Origin: a virus
Taxonomy: Duplodnaviria > Caudoviricetes
DNA length: 54,365 nt
Virus record (IMG/VR): IMGVR_UViG_3300021226_000131
Coordinates: 1-54,365 of that record
Reading direction: 5' to 3' (one strand)
Each line of letters begins with the position of its first letter. Positions within the stretch are counted from its first letter, which is position 1. The position numbers and the translations under genes are program-made. Shown here in pieces: positions 44,420 to 53,490 of this stretch. The notes below the pieces were generated by a model. The model was given only the letters and a program-made list of their open reading frames with translations, searched no databases and had not been told where the DNA came from.

Positions 44420-44767
44420 TTATTGGCAGGCCTCGCAGGTGCCTTCGCCCGAGAGGTCGCAGGCTTGGCCGAGGGGGAAGTCGTCGTCGTGGGCAGCCTT
44501 GGCGGCCAGCTTGCTGCGCAGCTCGTAGCCCATGAGCGGCCAGAGCTCGTTCTTGGCGTTTTTGATGGCCACAGCCTCGCCGATGGCGGGGTCGTCGTTT
44601 GCCGGAGAAACGGACGCTGATGGGCGGCCGGTCACGGCAAAACCATTACGGGTGGTCAAAACGGCCCAGCGCAGAATTTGGCCAGACTTCGACACGTGCT
44701 TGACGATCTCGGTGTCCACGATGTTGGCGTCAAGGTCCGCCGGTGTAACTCGATTTGCGGTGCTCAT
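44420..44767 (-). CDS. N4 gp49/Sf6 gp66-family protein (candidate nucleotide-signal sponge) with Cys tail
   Basis: RVTP..L...I...VL..RNGF.V.G..A.VSP.N.D..IG...A..NA...LWPLMGY.L. Confidence 0.85.
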   Translation of the reverse strand: MSTANRVTPADLDANIVDTEIVKHVSKSGQILRWAVLTTRNGFAVTGRPSASVSPANDDPAIGEAVAIKNAKNELWPLMGYELRSKLAAKAAHDDDFPLGQACDLSGEGTCEACQ

Positions 44768-45252
44768 GAGTGGCAGCTCCAATCTTCGGACAGGCAGTCG
44801 TTCACGCTGGGAACCCAGGTGCTCACGCTGTTGTCCACGTTTTTGATCGCCAAGTAGGCGTTGTAAGGGACCAGTGCGTCATCGCCAAAGTAGGCCTTGG
44901 CCGTTGGCGTGCGCGCCGGGTAGCTGTCGGCCGGGACGTAGTAAACGAACATGCCCTTGCCATTCCAGCCAGCGCGGGAAACCTTCATCCCCGCCTTGAG
45001 CGCTTCCAGGGCTTGGCCGAAGGTCATGTTTTCGGACGGCCGGTAGGCGCGCTCGAACACATCCTTGGGGCTCCAGCTCACGTATCCAGCGTAATGGTCA
45101 GTGTTGCCCTTGCCTCCGTCGACGTACTCAACAAGGTAGCCCGCATCCGCAGGGTTCTCGTCTGCCGGGACAGTCCAGCCACGGAAGTCGTTGTATTCCT
45201 GGCGGGTCATAGGCTTGGCGTTGATCAGTTTTGTGCCGATATAACGTTTCAT
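44764..45252 (-). CDS. DUF2829/Tad2-like protein with additional N-terminal domain
   Basis: MTFG.ALEALK.G.KV.R.GWNGKGMF...WVPS..D.L.EDW; N-domain YIGTK...PMTR...GYLVEY.DG...Y.SWSPKDVFE.AY. Confidence 0.88.
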   Translation of the reverse strand: MKRYIGTKLINAKPMTRQEYNDFRGWTVPADENPADAGYLVEYVDGGKGNTDHYAGYVSWSPKDVFERAYRPSENMTFGQALEALKAGMKVSRAGWNGKGMFVYYVPADSYPARTPTAKAYFGDDALVPYNAYLAIKNVDNSVSTWVPSVNDCLSEDWSCHS

Positions 45253-45261
45253 GGTGCCCCC

Positions 45262-45672
45262 TCAGATGAACGCACGGATGGCCAGCGGGTCGCCGGTCAC
45301 CTGGCCAATGATGTCGAGATCGTTGAAGATCACGAACAGAGCCGACTCGCCGGATTCCATGGGGACTTCCCAGCGATCGCCGCCGTACTTGGGCACGCGA
45401 ACGTAGTCGCCCGGCTTGCACCAGCTGCCTTCCGGCCAGGAGTCCATGGTGTTTCGGTTCTTGAACGCAAGCGCGCCAACAGAGACAACGCGGGCCACCT
45501 GGGTGTTCCACTTCTCGGTGTCACGCGAGCCGTTGTCAATGATGATGCCCGAGGCGGTCTTGGTCTTGGGGGTGCGAATCTGCACCAGGACGCGGCTTCC
45601 AAACGGGATGATTCCCGGGGATGCGTCGGGAAATGCCTCCCGCATCGCGTCAATCAGCACTTCAGCTGTCAT
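45262..45672 (-). CDS. groES: GroES-like co-chaperonin
   Basis: P.G.RVLV...KT.SGIII...VV.VG...W...GD.V...KYGG...ND.DI.G. Confidence 0.9.
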   Translation of the reverse strand: MTAEVLIDAMREAFPDASPGIIPFGSRVLVQIRTPKTKTASGIIIDNGSRDTEKWNTQVARVVSVGALAFKNRNTMDSWPEGSWCKPGDYVRVPKYGGDRWEVPMESGESALFVIFNDLDIIGQVTGDPLAIRAFI

Positions 45673-45745
45673 CTTCTGCTCCTTTCAGCAGGTGTACGGC
45701 GGCCACAGCGGCCGCCATCAAAAAATCGTCACAGACCTGTGCAAA

Positions 45746-45943
45746 TCACAGGTCTCGGTCGCCGTGTCGCTCGTCGTCCAGAAGGGCAAGCAGGGCTGCA
45801 ATGGCCGCTTCGTATCCAGCGACCATGCCCACGCGGTATCCGTACTCGAAAGCGTCACGCTCGACCGGGCGCTTGAGGGCTTCAAGCGCAAATGCCTGCT
45901 GGTCAGCCTTGAGCTTTCCGAGCAGGCGGTCCTCGATGGCCAT
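45746..45943 (-). CDS. Small helical protein
   Basis: FEY...VG...GYE.A...L; between portal and GroES. Confidence 0.75.
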   Translation of the reverse strand: MAIEDRLLGKLKADQQAFALEALKRPVERDAFEYGYRVGMVAGYEAAIAALLALLDDERHGDRDL

Positions 45944-46080
45944 CAGGCGGGGGTCTTAGGCATCGTGGGGGCAGACGGCAAGGTCTGGCCGGTCACGGGC
46001 TGGCCAGCGGCCATGCGGTGGTGCTGCTTGACCAGTGCACCAGTCATTGGCACGGTGCTTTGGGTGGGTTTGTCGCTCAT
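45943..46080 (-). CDS. Small hypothetical protein (45 aa)
   Basis: SD AAGGAG; MSDKPTQS...VKQHHRMA.G; TGATG overlap with the next gene. Confidence 0.65.
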   Translation of the reverse strand: MSDKPTQSTVPMTGALVKQHHRMAAGQPVTGQTLPSAPTMPKTPA

Positions 46081-46101
46081 GGAGTGCTCCTTGGGGTTGG
46101 A

Positions 46102-48630
46102 TTATCGTGTGCCCGGGTTGATCCCGGTACCGGTGCTGACGGCGATTTTCTCGCCGGAGGCAATTTCTGCTGCAGCCAGGCGCATGGCCGTGGCGTTGTC
46201 CGCGTCGTTCATCTGCAAGCGGGCATCAATTTCAGCGGCCGTGCGCTGATTCTCGGATGCTTGGCGCAACTGCTCGGACTGGAACTCTTCGGCGCGAGAC
46301 TGCTGCTTGTCGGCCAGAGCGGCGGCATCCAGCTGCGACTTCTGCGCGGCTTTTTGCTGCTCGAGCTGCAATCGTGCCGCGTCGGTCTGGGCCCGCTGCT
46401 GCAGTGCAAGCTGCTGCACCTGCGCATTGAGCTGCGCAATCTGCATGCTGTTGTCTTGCGGCATCTGTGGCGGCTGAGGTGCAAACTGCTCGGCCATCTT
46501 GTCGATCTGAGCCAGCTCCTGCGCAAACTGCGCCAGCTGCTGCTCGATGATCTGCTGGACCTTCACAATCACGCGAACTTGCTGCTCGGCATCGCCGTCG
46601 GCGATCAGGTGCTCACGCTCAGCGCGCTGCACAGCCTCGTGTGCTTGCGTGAGGTAGAAGTTCAGCAGGTGGTCGCGCAGGTGCTGCGCCATCGGGTAGA
46701 TGTAGGTCTTGACGATGGCCGGGTTCATGCCAAACATCGGCGACTTCAGGAACGCCAGGTGCGTCTGGATGTGCGCCACGTGGTCCTGCTTGGGCAGCAC
46801 GTAGACCGGACGGCCCATCGAGGCGGCAACGTTCTCGCTCACCGGGTCAACGTCGTCTTGGCCAGGCTGAGGCTGCAGCACATCGTCTGGGCTGAGCTTC
46901 AGGTTGCGCAGGAACATTTCCTCGACCTTGCGCAGGTCGTACATCTGCGGCATGGCAGCCGCGCGGGCCTGCACGGCCTGAACCTGGGCGAAGCGCTGGG
47001 CCTCGCTGAAAATGGCCGGGTCGCTCACAGGCACAACGTCCATCGGGCCGTCGAAGTCCTCGGGCTTGATCTCCAGACCAGATTCTTCGGCCTCGATATC
47101 CTCGTCGGTCAGGTAGGCGCTGTTGATGCGGTGCAGGATCTGGAACACGCGCGCCATCGAGTTGTGTAGGCGCGAGTGGATGGAGCTGAACACCACCATG
47201 CCCTGCTCGATGAGCGCCAAGGTTGTGCCCACCGGAGCGTTGGGGTTCTGGTCAGACAGTTTCTCGAACGAGGTCTGCACCACGCCCCTGCCAGCGTCCA
47301 CCAAGAAGCCGAGCAGCTGGAACAGCGTGGGGCTCGGGCCGTTGAACGGCAGCGGCATGGCCAGCTTGCGAATGTCGTCTACCAGGGCGCCGCCCTCGAT
47401 CTCGACCACCTCGGTCGGCTGCACGTTGATGGTTTGCCCGCCAGGCCCGCCCTTGAGCTTGATCATGGTCGGGATGTTCTGGATGTGGGCCGAGTCCAAC
47501 AGCGCGCGCAGGGCGCCGGTGGCCGCACCGGACAGGCCGCCGATCATGTGGGTGAGGCCAATCGGGTAGGCACCGCGCCACGGCACGAACGGGAACTCGA
47601 CAATCCAGTCCAGTTCTTTGCGGCGCTTGTCCTCGGGCTCCCAGTTGCGATACAGGGCCAGGGCCTTGCGCGTGGACTTGTCGATGCTGATGATGTACGG
47701 CTCCATGCCGTCACCGAAGTCCAGGTGGGTGTAAATCTCGAAGATGGTGCGCAGGCCGTCCTCGTTGTAGCTGGTGTCCTCGCGGCCCTCGATCTTGTCG
47801 TTGGCCACTGTCGAGCGGCTGAACTCGATCTGATCGGGCGAGCCAATAACCACATCGGCGTACATCCCGGCCTTGACGCGGCGGTTGAACTCGGACTTGG
47901 TGACGTACTGCACGTGCGTCTTGCGCTCGGCCGAGTAAAAGTTGGTGGCCGCAAACGGCAGGTAAATGTCGTCGATCGGGATGAACTCAGCGGTCGGGCG
48001 CTTCCACTGCGGCGACCACATGAGCTTGAGGTACTGGCCGCCGCCCAGGGGCAGCTGCGTGGACAGTTGCTCAAGCTCACCGCGCAGCTCTGGCATCTGC
48101 TGCGTGGTCTGCCAGTTCATGAAGTCGGCCTTGCGGCGGGCTTTTTCCAGCTTCTCGGGCTCGACCTCGCCCAGAATCTTGGACTTCACGGGACCGGAAG
48201 GCGGGAATACCTCCTTCATGAAGCGGGCGCTGAAGTCGACGCAGGCCTCGACCAGCATCGGGTGCACGACCTTGTTGGCGCCGGTGAATTGCGCGCCGCC
48301 GGGAGCATCGTCGCCCAGGCCGGTGCGGCGCAGGCCTTCCTCGTAGAGCTTGTCGCGCTTTTCGCGGGCGTCCTTGTCGCGCTCGATCTTGTCGAGCAGG
48401 TCGCTGGTCGCGTCGGCCAGCATGCTGCGATCGACCTCGTCAACGATGTTGGCGAAGTGGGCCTTTTTGTCGGCCACATCCTGCTCATTTTTCATGCGAA
48501 TGACCGCACCACCGTCGTCGGTGTCCTCGACCTCCATCTCGTCCTCGGTCGGCAGGGTGACGGTCTCGCCGCGCTGCTCTTCCTCGGAGTCGTTGACGTC
48601 GGTGCCGTTGTTCAGAAGTTCGTCTGCCAT
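46102..48630 (-). CDS. Portal protein
   Basis: 842 aa; VVHP.L.EA...F.A; YPIGL.HMIGGL...AT..LR.L.D; APVGTTLAL.E; Gln-rich C-terminal barrel. Confidence 0.92.
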   Translation of the reverse strand: MADELLNNGTDVNDSEEEQRGETVTLPTEDEMEVEDTDDGGAVIRMKNEQDVADKKAHFANIVDEVDRSMLADATSDLLDKIERDKDAREKRDKLYEEGLRRTGLGDDAPGGAQFTGANKVVHPMLVEACVDFSARFMKEVFPPSGPVKSKILGEVEPEKLEKARRKADFMNWQTTQQMPELRGELEQLSTQLPLGGGQYLKLMWSPQWKRPTAEFIPIDDIYLPFAATNFYSAERKTHVQYVTKSEFNRRVKAGMYADVVIGSPDQIEFSRSTVANDKIEGREDTSYNEDGLRTIFEIYTHLDFGDGMEPYIISIDKSTRKALALYRNWEPEDKRRKELDWIVEFPFVPWRGAYPIGLTHMIGGLSGAATGALRALLDSAHIQNIPTMIKLKGGPGGQTINVQPTEVVEIEGGALVDDIRKLAMPLPFNGPSPTLFQLLGFLVDAGRGVVQTSFEKLSDQNPNAPVGTTLALIEQGMVVFSSIHSRLHNSMARVFQILHRINSAYLTDEDIEAEESGLEIKPEDFDGPMDVVPVSDPAIFSEAQRFAQVQAVQARAAAMPQMYDLRKVEEMFLRNLKLSPDDVLQPQPGQDDVDPVSENVAASMGRPVYVLPKQDHVAHIQTHLAFLKSPMFGMNPAIVKTYIYPMAQHLRDHLLNFYLTQAHEAVQRAEREHLIADGDAEQQVRVIVKVQQIIEQQLAQFAQELAQIDKMAEQFAPQPPQMPQDNSMQIAQLNAQVQQLALQQRAQTDAARLQLEQQKAAQKSQLDAAALADKQQSRAEEFQSEQLRQASENQRTAAEIDARLQMNDADNATAMRLAAAEIASGEKIAVSTGTGINPGTR

Positions 48631-48632
48631 GT

Positions 48633-50834
48633 TTACCCTGCGTTGAGTGCGTTGAGATCGCCCACGATGGCGTCGATTCTAGCCGGGTCGAAGTCTACTG
48701 TGTGGGAATTCGCAACCAGGCCGCCGTCAGCGTAGGCTCGAACGTCCCCAGCTTGACCACCGTCTGCGAATCGGTAGGCCGACGCTGGGTCCTGCATCGC
48801 GTCGCTGTTGTAGATGTTGGAGCCGACCAGGCCGTTGCCTGTCTGGCCGTTGCTCACCACGCCGCCTTCAGCGTATTTCTGGACCAGGCCGCCCATGGCG
48901 AAACCTTCGCCGCGCACGCCTGGGGTGAGGCCGGTGCCAAAGGTCCGCTGCAGGTCTTCAATCTCCGCAGGTGACAGGTAGTTCCCCACCTCGCGGCCCG
49001 AGCTCTTTAGGGTCTCCAGCTCCAAGTCGTTAAAAACATCACGTGACGAACGAAGCCCCGTGTTCTGCAGATCACCGATTCGACCCCAGTTCCCAGACCG
49101 GATGAAGTCCTGCACGGCAGGCAGGTACTCTTCCTTGGGTGCGCGGTTGGCCTTGCCTTTGATCTGGACGATTTCAGGGGTGCTTATTTTTCGCGCGTAA
49201 TCCTGAGCTTCTTCAAGAGTTGGGAAGCCGTTACCTTGGTTGTTGACGATAAATGTCGGTCGTCCTTTGAAATTGCCTTCGGTGATCGATGGATTTTCAA
49301 CGCCCGGCGCCACCTCGATCGTCACGTGCGGCTGGCCCTTCTTGTCGCGCAGGCTGTAAATCTTGGACCGACCCTCGACCACATCAGGGCAGTAGCCGCC
49401 GACGCAGTGGCCCATGGTCTCGCCTTCGTACTTGAGGGCGTCCTCCAGGGCTTTGTAGGACTCGTCCATTTCGACCTTCTTCTTGCGGCCGAAATCCTCC
49501 ATGGTCCGGCGCACGAAGTCGTTGAACTCGCGCGTGCCTTCCTCGAGCCCTTCGTCGTATGCCATGTCCATGGCCACTTCGCGGCCCATGGCCTCGTTGT
49601 AGTCAGGAGGCAAATCCATCTCAGGTTTCTCGACGCTGATCTTGCGGCCAGTTTCCTTGGGGGCTTTGAGCTCCACCCACTTGAAGCCCTGGTCCGGGTA
49701 CTCCTTAATCACATGCGTGGCGGGCCCCATCGCCCGCGCCATGTCTGCCTCAGCCTTCTGCGCCGCACGCCACTCGTTGATCTTGGCCACGCGCTCGACC
49801 GCCTGGGGCACGGTGACCTTTTCCAGGTCGGAGTACTTCAGGCGCAGGTTCTCTGGCAAACCGGACGCAGGGTTGATGGCGTTTTTCAGCTCGTCGACCA
49901 GGTGGGTGAATCCAAGATTGGCTGCGGCATCAGACTGCGACGGTAAATAAACGGGCGTCTCTGGGGGAACCTTGGCCAGCCAAGGCATCTGCTCGGCGTA
50001 GCCTTGCCGTAGAAGCTCACCAGCTGGCATCTGGCCAATCGTCACATCACTTGCATCTTCCCACGCTTTTGCCGCTTCGCTTTGGCCCATGGCTTGGTTG
50101 CCAGATTTTCTGCGAAGGTCTGAAGCCAAATACCGATTCAAACCAATTTGCTCTGGGGCAATGTGCAAAACGCCACGCTCAGCCAGCGCGCGGACGGGGT
50201 CCTCGGGCGTAGCCATCTCGTTCTTGATGTACTTGCCGAGCTTGGTTTCAATCCAGCGGTTCATGGCCGCCTCTGGAAGTTGACGAGCACGCACGCTTTC
50301 TGAAACATCGACGCCCGCACGCTCTGCCAAGTTTTGAAGCCCGGTTTCGTTGAGGACCGTTTGCTGCATGGGATTTACTACGCGCTCAACGCTTCCCGTC
50401 ATCCAGTTCCCGCCCTTGGGTTTCACTACGTTCACGGCGGGCTGCCCTGCGGCCATGGCGAAGTCACGCCCAGCGCGCGACACCGCCGATGGCAAGCCAG
50501 CGATCGCACGCAGCGGGGAGCCGGGCCCGGCGTAAAACCCGCCGCCCAGCGTGCCCAACTCGGTCGCGGCACGGCCAACGGGCGTCTGGCTTACGCTGCG
50601 CAACGGAAGGCCAGCCTCGACGTCACGACTGGTTGGCAGCACGGTTTTTTCAGACAGGCCCGGCAGCATGCGCACCAGGGACTCAATATCGCCCGGGGCG
50701 CCAAGCACGCCAGAGGCCAAACCGCGCAGGGCGGCCAGAGGAGCGTTGGCAGATGCGGCGCGGTCGTTGAGCTCAGGACGGCGGCGGCCAGCGGAGCGGT
50801 AGCCTATATACGGCTGGTTCAGATCATCGGCCAC
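48633..50834 (-). CDS. Large protein with PcfJ-like domain and four C-terminal (F/Y)AxGG motifs
   Basis: LKYEGETMGHCVGGY...IYSLRD..G.PHVTIEV...I.QIKGK.N. Confidence 0.75.
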   Translation of the reverse strand: MADDLNQPYIGYRSAGRRRPELNDRAASANAPLAALRGLASGVLGAPGDIESLVRMLPGLSEKTVLPTSRDVEAGLPLRSVSQTPVGRAATELGTLGGGFYAGPGSPLRAIAGLPSAVSRAGRDFAMAAGQPAVNVVKPKGGNWMTGSVERVVNPMQQTVLNETGLQNLAERAGVDVSESVRARQLPEAAMNRWIETKLGKYIKNEMATPEDPVRALAERGVLHIAPEQIGLNRYLASDLRRKSGNQAMGQSEAAKAWEDASDVTIGQMPAGELLRQGYAEQMPWLAKVPPETPVYLPSQSDAAANLGFTHLVDELKNAINPASGLPENLRLKYSDLEKVTVPQAVERVAKINEWRAAQKAEADMARAMGPATHVIKEYPDQGFKWVELKAPKETGRKISVEKPEMDLPPDYNEAMGREVAMDMAYDEGLEEGTREFNDFVRRTMEDFGRKKKVEMDESYKALEDALKYEGETMGHCVGGYCPDVVEGRSKIYSLRDKKGQPHVTIEVAPGVENPSITEGNFKGRPTFIVNNQGNGFPTLEEAQDYARKISTPEIVQIKGKANRAPKEEYLPAVQDFIRSGNWGRIGDLQNTGLRSSRDVFNDLELETLKSSGREVGNYLSPAEIEDLQRTFGTGLTPGVRGEGFAMGGLVQKYAEGGVVSNGQTGNGLVGSNIYNSDAMQDPASAYRFADGGQAGDVRAYADGGLVANSHTVDFDPARIDAIVGDLNALNAG

Positions 50835-51276
50835 AAGAGCACTCCTTGATGTGGTTGAGGGGGCTGTGAATCAAACCACCCTGAGCTTTGTTGACCCACG
50901 GAACACCGGCTTGTTGCTCGCGGGCGGCGCGTTCTGCTGCTTGCTGCACAAGGTCCTCAAGTTCGCGCTGCGACTGAGCGCGACGCGCCAGCTCAATACC
51001 CAGCGCGTTGTTGTGCATGTCCTGCTTGTAATCCGGCGGCATCTCGCCCCGGCCAAGCATCATCATCAGCGCGCGCAACGGAGAGGTGGAATACTCGTGT
51101 GCCCGACCTGCCAGATCGGCAACCGTTGGACCGTACTTCCGCGCCATGGTGCCAGCGGCCAACATGTGGCGGGCAGCGTCTTGCTGATCATCTTGGCCAA
51201 GCTGGCCGGGGTACATCTCGCGAGCAATCGCACGCGCGTAAGGCGAGACAGAAAAAATTGATGGGGTATCGGGCAT
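50824..51276 (-). CDS. Protein with DAxRH...HE...DxHNNxxG domain (DUF6973-like) and C-terminal KAQGG
   Basis: DAARHML, AHE, DMHNNALG. Confidence 0.75.
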   Translation of the reverse strand: MPDTPSIFSVSPYARAIAREMYPGQLGQDDQQDAARHMLAAGTMARKYGPTVADLAGRAHEYSTSPLRALMMMLGRGEMPPDYKQDMHNNALGIELARRAQSQRELEDLVQQAAERAAREQQAGVPWVNKAQGGLIHSPLNHIKECSCGR

Positions 51277-51280
51277 AAAT

Positions 51281-51556
51281 TCACCACTTCACTTTGTTGG
51301 CCCAGTAGGCCGCGCTCGACGGCCCCTTGGCGATGTTCTTGGCGTGGCGTGCTTTAAACGCGTCGCGCTTGGCGGTGGTGGCTGCCGACTCGCCAGCCTT
51401 GGGCTTGCCCGCCGTCTTGGCACCCTGCTCACCGAAGCGGATCACCTTCTCGGTGCCGTCGTAGCAGGCTTTGACAACGTGGGATTTCGTCGGGTGGTCC
51501 GGCGTGCGCTTGGGTTTGTTGCAGTCCATCTCGGACTTTTTCACCGGCCGCGTCAT
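51281..51556 (-). CDS. Small basic conserved phage protein
   Basis: KSHVV.A...IRFG.QG...F.ARH...SAAYWA.KVKW. Confidence 0.8.
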   Translation of the reverse strand: MTRPVKKSEMDCNKPKRTPDHPTKSHVVKACYDGTEKVIRFGEQGAKTAGKPKAGESAATTAKRDAFKARHAKNIAKGPSSAAYWANKVKW

Positions 51557-51726
51557 TTTGACTTCCTCGCGGCGCGCATGTTGTCGACCAAGTTGGGATA
51601 AGGTCGCCCGGCCTTCTCGGCTGCGCGCTTGGCGCTGGACTTGGCGCTGGGGGAAAGTGCCTTGGGTGCGCCCAAAGAGCTGGGGCGCTTTTTGTCCCAG
51701 ATGGGCTTGGGTGTTTTAGACGGCAT
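51553..51726 (-). CDS. Small basic protein
   Basis: L.P..K..AK..A..AGRPYPNLVDNM.AA. Confidence 0.75.
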   Translation of the reverse strand: MPSKTPKPIWDKKRPSSLGAPKALSPSAKSSAKRAAEKAGRPYPNLVDNMRAARKSK

Positions 51727-53296
51727 ACGGGTTGACCTTTCCTTCACGACGATGGGGCCGATCTTCGTCAACGTCGCGTGCCTGTGGCAGTTCGAACCAC
51801 CCGTCGTTTTTGAGGTAGATGACCGCCTGCGTGAAGGTGTCCACATAGTCGTCATGCTCCGCAACGGGGAACTTCGCCACTTGGGTCATAAACGGCTGGG
51901 CCCAGCTCACAGGCTGGCCGGGGTTCTTGGCAGACTCCGGGATCCACAGCAGTCCAAGCTCCAACGTCGGCGCGGTTTGGTGTGCCCTCGACACCTTGTC
52001 CGCTTGTCCGGGATTGTAGCCAACGGCCGGGACCTTTGCCAGACGCAAGTCCTGCAGCAACGACTGCCCCGATGCCTTGGCCTCAACCAGCAGCCGGTCC
52101 GGCTTGCGGCCCTTGGTGGGCATGCCAGCCTTGGCCGAGCTGTCGGCGCCGTACTCCGAGCGCCAGTCCCGAATCACCCGGGCGCGCAGGTCCGGATATC
52201 CGAGGTGCTCATCCCAGGCGTCCAGCAGCATGGCGTTGCGCTGGCCTCGGTGCGAAAACACGCCCCAGACCGTGCAGGCCGTCGGGTCGCCAGTCGTGCG
52301 CTCAGTGAAGGCGCAGTCGTAGCTTTGCAGGATGTACTCGAAAGGCGGCAGGCGTTGGGCCACGGGCCAGAGCTGAAAGTGCTGCGTCTTGAGGATGCCG
52401 CCCTCGGTTGGCGTGGGGTCCTGCTGGAGCTGGCCCGAGGCGCCGTAGGTGCCCAGCAGCTGCTTGAGCTTGGTGATCTCGGCCTCGCCAAAGCGATCAG
52501 GGCAGATCAGCTCACCCTTCGTGCGGCGAGGGTCGTAGGGCCCAAGCACCGTGCGCCTGGCCTTGCCGTCCCACTCTGCCGGGATGCAGATGTGCTCCCA
52601 GCCGCCAATGTCGTCAATGATGTGCCCGCTGATGTCCTTCTCGTGCAGGCGCTGCATGACCGTCACCATGGCGTCGGTCTTAGGGTTGTTCAGTCGCGTG
52701 GACCAGACCTGGTCGAACCACTCAAGCGCGGTTTCACGCATCGCGTCGGACTGCGCGTCCTGGGCCCCGTGCGGGTCGTCAAGGATCAGGCGCGAGCCGC
52801 CCTCACCCGTGGCAGTACCGCCGACCGAGGTGGCCAGGCGATAGCCGGTCTTGTTGTTCTCGAAGCGCTGCTTGGCGTTTTGGTCACCGGCCAGCGCAAA
52901 CATGTGCCCCCAGCGCTCTTGGTACCAGGGCGACTGGATCAGGCGCCGGGCTTTCAGGTTGTCCCGGATGGACAGCGTGCCCGAATAGGACGCGGCGAGG
53001 AACTTCTGCTCGGGCGAGGTGAGCCACTCCCAGCAGCACCAGGCCACCGAGACGATGGTGGACTTGGAGTGGCGCGGCGGGATGTTGATCAGCAGCCGCT
53101 GAATCTCGCCGGAGCTTACCGCCTCCAGGTGCTCGCAGATCGCCTCGATGTGCCAGCTCGGCACGAAGGGCACGCCGGGCTCCATCACATGCCAGGCCTG
53201 CTGCACGAACTCGTACAAGCTGGCGCTGGCCTTGCGCCGGGCCTGCTCCTTGGCGATCAGGTCCAGCATGACGGCGGGGGAAACGGGCGCGTTCAT
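51716..53296 (-). CDS. terL: Terminase large subunit
   Basis: INIPPRHSKS Walker A, LILDDP Walker B, MQRLHE.D, QSYD.AF, VEAKASG, FP...HDD.VD. Confidence 0.96.
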   Translation of the reverse strand: MNAPVSPAVMLDLIAKEQARRKASASLYEFVQQAWHVMEPGVPFVPSWHIEAICEHLEAVSSGEIQRLLINIPPRHSKSTIVSVAWCCWEWLTSPEQKFLAASYSGTLSIRDNLKARRLIQSPWYQERWGHMFALAGDQNAKQRFENNKTGYRLATSVGGTATGEGGSRLILDDPHGAQDAQSDAMRETALEWFDQVWSTRLNNPKTDAMVTVMQRLHEKDISGHIIDDIGGWEHICIPAEWDGKARRTVLGPYDPRRTKGELICPDRFGEAEITKLKQLLGTYGASGQLQQDPTPTEGGILKTQHFQLWPVAQRLPPFEYILQSYDCAFTERTTGDPTACTVWGVFSHRGQRNAMLLDAWDEHLGYPDLRARVIRDWRSEYGADSSAKAGMPTKGRKPDRLLVEAKASGQSLLQDLRLAKVPAVGYNPGQADKVSRAHQTAPTLELGLLWIPESAKNPGQPVSWAQPFMTQVAKFPVAEHDDYVDTFTQAVIYLKNDGWFELPQARDVDEDRPHRREGKVNPYAV

Positions 53297-53490
53297 TGCC
53301 AGCGAATCTCCCCGCGTTCGAGCTTGTCGCGTTGGTCCATAGCGTTGTGCAACATCACCTCGGGGTAGTCCTTGCTGGGCGTCGGGTGGCACCAGCACGC
53401 GCGGGTGAGCTCGTGCTCCCGGAAGTCGGCGAGCGGGATGACGTGGCAAAGCACCTCGTCATCGCCCGGGAAAACCGCCGAGGCAGTCAT
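53293..53490 (-). CDS. Small His/Cys protein
   Basis: HV.P..D.REH....CWC.P...HN..D.R. Confidence 0.7.
   Translation of the reverse strand: MTASAVFPGDDEVLCHVIPLADFREHELTRACWCHPTPSKDYPEVMLHNAMDQRDKLERGEIRWQ

Noticed and set aside
45262-45672. GroES as a novelty
   Set aside because: Phage co-chaperonins near head genes are well known
46018-53368. Long + strand ORFs (383, 519, 579 aa) opposite portal and TerL, and similar ones at 5247-6692, 27653-30885 and 34919-36244
   Set aside because: Mirror frames of well-supported minus-strand genes, without recognisable domains
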